63,654 nucleotides of DNA. It comes from Verrucomicrobiota bacterium. GTDB taxonomy: Bacteria; Verrucomicrobiota; Verrucomicrobiia; Limisphaerales; UBA8199. Numbering within the stretch: position 1 is the first letter of the stretch; each line of letters starts with the position of its first letter. Location: NCBI GenBank assembly GCA_037130375.1, contig JBAXTC010000001.1, positions 1-63,654 on the forward strand, written 5' to 3'. The notes beneath the pieces were generated by a model. That model made no database searches. It was not told where the DNA came from and saw nothing but the letters and a program-made list of their open reading frames with translations. The translations under genes and the position numbers were made by a program. Below are positions 58,767 to 63,654 of this stretch, piece after piece.

Positions 58767-61223
58767 ATGACCAAAAAGACAATTCTTTTCGGACCCCAGT
58801 CTTCCAAGACTGGTGTGCTGATTCCTCTCTCAATTCAAACTGCGGATTGCTGGCTATCTCTTGTTCCGGCTCTTTTGCTGGCCGCCGCCCTCTCTCTCTG
58901 CGCCGCCCCGGCAACGCTGACGGTCGAGGTGGATAAACCCGGCCATACGATCAGCCCGTTGCTCTACGGCATTTTCTTCGAAGACATCAACTGTTCGGCG
59001 GACGGGGGTCTATATGCCGAGCGGGTCCGCAACCGCAATTTCGAAGACAGCAGCAAACCAGACCATTGGTCGGTCATCAGCAGCGGCCTGGCGGATATCG
59101 ATTTGAGCATCGACACCACCCAGCCGGTCACCCCCAAGAATCTGCGTTCCCTTAAAGTGGAGGTTCGCATACCCGGCAGCGGCCGGGCCGGCGTCGTCAA
59201 CCAGGGGTTCTGGGGCATGTCCGTCGTTCGGGGCGAAAGCTATCGCCTTTCGCTTTTCGCGCGTGGTGGCGAAGGCTTTGGTGGTCCGCTGAACATTTCA
59301 CTGGAAAGCGGAGACGGATTCGTTTATGCGCAGACGAACGTGACGGCTGTGACGCCCGCGTGGAAGGCCTGCCAATTCTTGCTTACTGCCAAAGACACTG
59401 ACCGGCAAGCCCGGCTGGTCATCAGCACGACCAACCCCGGAACTTTCTGGCTCGATATGGTTTCGCTCTTCCCGCAAGAGACCTGGCATCAGCGCCCGAA
59501 CGGCCTGCGGCCGGACCTGGCAGAAATGTTGCGAGAGTTGAAACCGTCGTTTGTGCGCTTCCCCGGTGGTTGCTGGGTCGAGGGCGACACGATGAGCCAG
59601 GCTTACCGCTGGAAGCAGACCATCGGCGACATATCGGAACGCCGCACTCAGCACAACATCTGGCAGTACGAAGCGACACATGGACTCGGCTACCATGAGT
59701 ATCTCCAACTGTGCGAAGATCTTGGCGCCGAACCGCTTTTTGTCATCAACTGCGGCATGTCCCACAAGGAAAACGTGCCGCTGGATAAGATGCAGGAGTT
59801 CGTTCAGGACGCCCTGGACGCAATCGAATACGCCAACGGTCCGCTCACCAGCAACTGGGGCGCGCTCCGCAGCCGGCAGGGCCATCCGGCTCCTTTCAAC
59901 CTCAAGTACGTGGAAATCGGCAATGAAAATGGGGGCCAGGCCTACCACGAACGGTATGCGTTGTTCCATGACGCCATTAAGGCCAACTACCCGGAGATGC
60001 GCCTTCTCGCCAACGAATGGAATGGCCGGCTCGACAGCCGCCCGATCGAGATCGTGGATGAACATTACTATTCCACCCCAGAATTCTTCATCAACAATGC
60101 CGGCAAATACGACACCTATGACCGCGCTGGCCGCAAAGTGTATGTCGGCGAATACGCCGTCACTCAGGGCTGCGGCCAGGGGAACCTCCGCGCCGCCGTC
60201 GGCGAGGCGGCCTTTATGACCGGCATGGAACGTAATTCCGATGTGGTGCTGATGGCCTCCTATGCCCCGCTGTTTGCGCACGTCAATTACAAGAAGTGGA
60301 ATCCGGATCTCATCAACTTCGACAGTTCCCGCGCCTACGGTCTCCCGAGCTATTACGTCCAAAAGATGTTCAGCGAGAACCGCGGCGAGGTCGTCCTGCC
60401 GATCGCCATCGACGCCCCCGAAGTGGCTCCCACCGCCAAAGCCGGCGCGATTGGTGTTGGCACCTGGCGCACGGAAGCCGAGTTCAAGGACATCAAGGTT
60501 CAGCGCGGCTCCGAGGTTCTCTTCGCCTCGGACTTCACCAAGGACACCCAAGGCTGGAGACTGCACGGCGGGGACTGGTCGGTCCGTGACGGCGTCCTGC
60601 ACCAGAAAGCCGTGGATGAAAATGTCCGCGCGATGGCGGGGGACCAGAAATGGAGTGGCTACACCTACACTCTCAAAGCCCGGAAGCTAAGCGGCGACGA
60701 GGGGTTTCTGATTCCGTTCCTCGTGCAGAATGAGAACGCCAAGTGCTGGTGGAACATCGGCGGTTGGGGCAATTCCAGGCACGCCATCGAAATGGATGGG
60801 GTCATCGGCAACGAGGTGGCCGGCCATGTCGAAACGGGCCGCTGGTATGACATCCGCATCGAGTTGGACGGCGCGAAAATCAGGTGCTACCTGGATAACA
60901 AACTCGTCCACGACGCCGAGTTTCCGCGCACCAAACCGCTCTACGCCGCCGCCAGTCAGGCCAAAGGCGGTCGGGAGGTCATTTTGAAAATCGTGAACGT
61001 CTCGACTACCGCGCAGGACACCGAAATCAAATTGAATGGCGCGAAAGCCGCTTCGACCGCTACGGCCATTGTCCTGACTTCGGGACATCCCGAAGACGAG
61101 AACTCGCTGGACGAGCCAGCCAAAGTCGCGCCTGTCACCAGCCAGGTGACCTGCTCCGGTTCCACCCTGCGGCACGGCTTCCCTCCGAATTCGGTGACGG
61201 TGTTGCGCCTGCCGCTGCGCTAG
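58767..61223 (+). CDS. GH51-type alpha-L-arabinofuranosidase with extra lectin/DUF1080-like insertion
   Basis: 818 aa from ATG 58767 with a signal peptide. 'LLYGIFFEDINCSADGGLYAE', 'VRFPGGCWVEGD', 'YVEIGNENGG', 'VGEYAV'. Inserted 'GVGTWRTEAEFKDIKV...WNIGGWGN' module. Confidence 0.8.
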   Translation: MTKKTILFGPQSSKTGVLIPLSIQTADCWLSLVPALLLAAALSLCAAPATLTVEVDKPGHTISPLLYGIFFEDINCSADGGLYAERVRNRNFEDSSKPDHWSVISSGLADIDLSIDTTQPVTPKNLRSLKVEVRIPGSGRAGVVNQGFWGMSVVRGESYRLSLFARGGEGFGGPLNISLESGDGFVYAQTNVTAVTPAWKACQFLLTAKDTDRQARLVISTTNPGTFWLDMVSLFPQETWHQRPNGLRPDLAEMLRELKPSFVRFPGGCWVEGDTMSQAYRWKQTIGDISERRTQHNIWQYEATHGLGYHEYLQLCEDLGAEPLFVINCGMSHKENVPLDKMQEFVQDALDAIEYANGPLTSNWGALRSRQGHPAPFNLKYVEIGNENGGQAYHERYALFHDAIKANYPEMRLLANEWNGRLDSRPIEIVDEHYYSTPEFFINNAGKYDTYDRAGRKVYVGEYAVTQGCGQGNLRAAVGEAAFMTGMERNSDVVLMASYAPLFAHVNYKKWNPDLINFDSSRAYGLPSYYVQKMFSENRGEVVLPIAIDAPEVAPTAKAGAIGVGTWRTEAEFKDIKVQRGSEVLFASDFTKDTQGWRLHGGDWSVRDGVLHQKAVDENVRAMAGDQKWSGYTYTLKARKLSGDEGFLIPFLVQNENAKCWWNIGGWGNSRHAIEMDGVIGNEVAGHVETGRWYDIRIELDGAKIRCYLDNKLVHDAEFPRTKPLYAAASQAKGGREVILKIVNVSTTAQDTEIKLNGAKAASTATAIVLTSGHPEDENSLDEPAKVAPVTSQVTCSGSTLRHGFPPNSVTVLRLPLR

Positions 61224-61284
61224 CGAGTGCAGACTGGCCTTGGCCTGGCAGGCCTCGCGAACAGCAGTCACCAGCAAACAATTT

Positions 61285-63654
61285 ATGATTCTGCACAAAA
61301 CCACAATCGTTCTCGCAGTTTCACTGGTTCTTCCGGCTGCCGTGACCGCGTCCCGGGCTGGCAGCCTCAAGCCGGACGGTTTGAAGTGCGAGTACCGCGT
61401 CAACCCGCTCGGTCTCGACACGGCTCAACCGCGTCTCAGTTGGCTGCTGGAATCCAAAGAGCGCGGCCAGACCCAGACCGCCTGCCAAATCCTCGCGGCG
61501 ATGAGTCCGGACAGGCTGGCCAAAGGCGAGAGTGATCTGTGGGACAGCGGCAAAGTCGCTTCGGCCAATTCCATCGGCGTAATCTACGGCGGCAAGCCGC
61601 TACGCTCGGGACAGCGTGTTTGTTGGAAAGTCCGCGTCTGGGACCGCGGTGACCGGCCCTCGGCTTACAGCGAGGCAGCCTGGTGGGAAAATGGTTTGCT
61701 GGCGCCGACCGACTGGCGCGCGGTTTGGGTCGCCCGCAGACGAGCTGCCCCCCTTTCCGAGCAACAAATGTTCGAGGACGACCCCGCGCCCTTGTTCCGG
61801 AAAGAGTTTTCCGTCGAAAAGAAGATCAGCCGTGCCCGTGTCTATGTCAGCGGTCTCGGTTATTACGAGCTAAGGTTGAATGGCCAGCGCGTGGGAGATC
61901 ACGTCCTGGACCCCGGCTGGACCACGTATTCAAAACGTGTCCTTTACTCCACCTACGACGTGACTGACCAGCTTGCGCGCGGTCGCAACGCGCTCGGAGT
62001 GATGCTCGGCAACGGGTGGTTTAATCCGCTGCCGCTGCGCTTGTGGGGCCACATCAACCCGCGCGAACACCTCACCATTGGAGAGCCGCGCGTCATCCTG
62101 CAACTCGTGGTCGAGTTTGCGGACGGCACCTCGCAGACGATTGTCACGGACGAGAGCTGGAAGGTTGGCCCGGGACCCATCCTGCGGAACAGTGTCTATC
62201 TGGGCGAAGTCTATGACGCGCGGAAGGAGCAGCCGGGCTGGGATCGGGCCGGTTTTGAAGATGGTTCCTGGGACAGGGTGAGCGCCGCAAATGAACCGCT
62301 CGGCCCCCTGCGTGCGCAGGATGCGCCGCCAATCCGCATCACGCGCACACTTAAACCGGTGAAGCTCGCTGAACCCAAACCGGATGTCTTTATCTTCGAT
62401 CTGGGGCAGAACTTTGCCGGCTGGCCGCGGCTCCACGTCCAGGGCTCCGCCGGCACACGCGTGAGATTGCGGTGCGGAGAACTTCTCTATCCCGATGGCA
62501 CACTCAACGGCATGACCGCGGTATGCGGCCAAATCAAACAAGGGGGCCCCAATTACCGCTACGATGGAATCGGAGTGCCCAAGACGGCGTGGCAGGAGGA
62601 TACCTACGTCCTTAAGGGCGAAGGCGAGGAAATCTACACACCGCGGTTCACATTTCACGGCTTTCGCTACGTCGAGGTCACTGGCTTTCCGGGCAAGCCC
62701 ACGCTCGACTCGATCGAAGGGCTTCGGCTCAACTCGGACGTCGCGCCGGCCGGTTCTTTCGTCTGTTCAAACGAGCGTTTCAACCGGATTCAGCAGATGG
62801 TGCTATGGACAGAGTTGAGCAACCTGTTCAGTGTGCAATCCGACTGCCCGCACCGCGAGAAGTTCGGCTACGGGGGCGACATTGTCGCCGCCGGCGAGAT
62901 GGCCATTCTTAACTTTGACATGGCCCGCTTCTACCGGAAGGCGGCCGAGGATCTGGGGGACGCCGCGCGTCCGAACGGCGGGTTCACCGAGACCGCTCCG
63001 TTCGTGGGCATCAGTGACGAGGGCCTGGGAGAAGGGTCCGGTCCGGTTGGGTGGGGCACAGCGCAGCCGTTTCTCCTGTGGCGGCTTTATCAGTATTACG
63101 GCGACCGGCGTTTGCTCGAAGAAAATTACGAACTGACGAAACACTGGGTCGAGTTGCTGAAGTCCTGCGCGCGAGAGAACATCCTGGACAACGGCATCAG
63201 CGACCATGAGAGCCTCGTGCCGAAGCCACGCGCCCTGACCGGCACCGCGTTCTACTATTTCAATGCCAAGCTGTTTTCCAACATCGCCCGCACGCTGGGG
63301 CATCGAGCCGAGGCCTCCGAAGCGGAGGCTCTGGCTGAAACCATCAAGGCCGCCTTCAACCGCAGGTTTCTCCAGCCGGGAACGGGTCGCTACGATAAGG
63401 CCACGCAGGCCTGCCAGGCCTTCGCTCTCCAGATGGGCTTGGTTCCATTAGAGGAAAAGGACCGCGCACTCGATGTGCTGCTCCAGGACATCCAAGGCCC
63501 AAATCAGGGCCACCTGAGCACCGGCATTTTCGGAACCAAGTTCATGCTGCAGGCGCTGGCGGATTTGGGCCGCGCGGATGTCGCCTACGAGGTGGTCAAC
63601 CAGCCCACTTTCCCGGGTTGGGGCTACATGCTGAAAAATGGCGCGACGACTCTG
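61285..63654 (+). CDS. GH78 alpha-L-rhamnosidase (3'-truncated by window end)
   Basis: Frame-1 reading is open from ATG 61285 to the window end (790 codons). It is absent from the ORF track because it has no stop in the window. 'LKCEYRVNPLGLDTAQPRLSW', 'GYYELRLNGQRVGDHVLDPGWT', 'FSVQSDCPHREKFGYGGD'. Confidence 0.85.
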   Translation, partial: MILHKTTIVLAVSLVLPAAVTASRAGSLKPDGLKCEYRVNPLGLDTAQPRLSWLLESKERGQTQTACQILAAMSPDRLAKGESDLWDSGKVASANSIGVIYGGKPLRSGQRVCWKVRVWDRGDRPSAYSEAAWWENGLLAPTDWRAVWVARRRAAPLSEQQMFEDDPAPLFRKEFSVEKKISRARVYVSGLGYYELRLNGQRVGDHVLDPGWTTYSKRVLYSTYDVTDQLARGRNALGVMLGNGWFNPLPLRLWGHINPREHLTIGEPRVILQLVVEFADGTSQTIVTDESWKVGPGPILRNSVYLGEVYDARKEQPGWDRAGFEDGSWDRVSAANEPLGPLRAQDAPPIRITRTLKPVKLAEPKPDVFIFDLGQNFAGWPRLHVQGSAGTRVRLRCGELLYPDGTLNGMTAVCGQIKQGGPNYRYDGIGVPKTAWQEDTYVLKGEGEEIYTPRFTFHGFRYVEVTGFPGKPTLDSIEGLRLNSDVAPAGSFVCSNERFNRIQQMVLWTELSNLFSVQSDCPHREKFGYGGDIVAAGEMAILNFDMARFYRKAAEDLGDAARPNGGFTETAPFVGISDEGLGEGSGPVGWGTAQPFLLWRLYQYYGDRRLLEENYELTKHWVELLKSCARENILDNGISDHESLVPKPRALTGTAFYYFNAKLFSNIARTLGHRAEASEAEALAETIKAAFNRRFLQPGTGRYDKATQACQAFALQMGLVPLEEKDRALDVLLQDIQGPNQGHLSTGIFGTKFMLQALADLGRADVAYEVVNQPTFPGWGYMLKNGATTL

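Overview
GC-rich 63.6-kb chromosomal window. By inference it comes from a PVC-superphylum bacterium, Verrucomicrobiota-like: it has prepilin-type H-X9-DG proteins, secreted proteins ending in F(Y/F)RLA(K/R), and dispersed heptanucleotide and REP-like repeats. No rRNA, tRNA, CRISPR array or integrase was seen.

Gene order:
- Type III-like res/mod pair (203-5079), followed by a decayed uvrA-like relic.
- Lipoprotein-ccsB-ccsA cytochrome c biogenesis block (5.4-10.0 kb).
- Long minus-strand redox gene string (21.6 to 10.1 kb). In transcription order: small Tat/Cys protein, Tat NHL propeller, NapG-like ferredoxin, NapH-like membrane polyferredoxin, membrane-anchored PQQ-like propeller, NuoE-NuoF fusion, GltD-like Fe-S flavoprotein. 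A 1.7-kb nest of repeats built from a four-helix-bundle (Avd/S23-IVS family) gene interrupts this string.
- Two divergent 'large secreted protein + H-X9-DG pilin-like' pairs (21.7-30.4 kb), mirrored around a REP-flanked AbrB/PIN toxin-antitoxin cassette.
- Housekeeping genes: metF, LarA-like, LptF/G, GAF histidine kinase, YdcF, Nudix, tadA, SIMPL, methyltransferase, MBOAT, polysaccharide deacetylase.
- Three tandem CNNM/DUF21-CBS genes.
- ECF sigma, then anti-sigma/Wzz-like/vWA fusion, then a 36-aa ORF, then a 2169-aa membrane giant (56.2 to 45.9 kb, minus strand).
- Truncated S10 operon (rpsJ-rplC-rplD-rplW, then a terminator), followed by GH51 and GH78 glycosidases.

Best candidates for undescribed biology:
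1. The Tat/NapGH-like/propeller/NuoEF/GltD redox cluster.
2. The four-helix-bundle gene and heptamer-repeat element family. It has MITE-like deletion derivatives and inserts in frame into coding sequence.
3. The ECF sigma - vWA anti-sigma - giant duplicated membrane protein module.

All calls rest on motifs read by eye. No searches were run.
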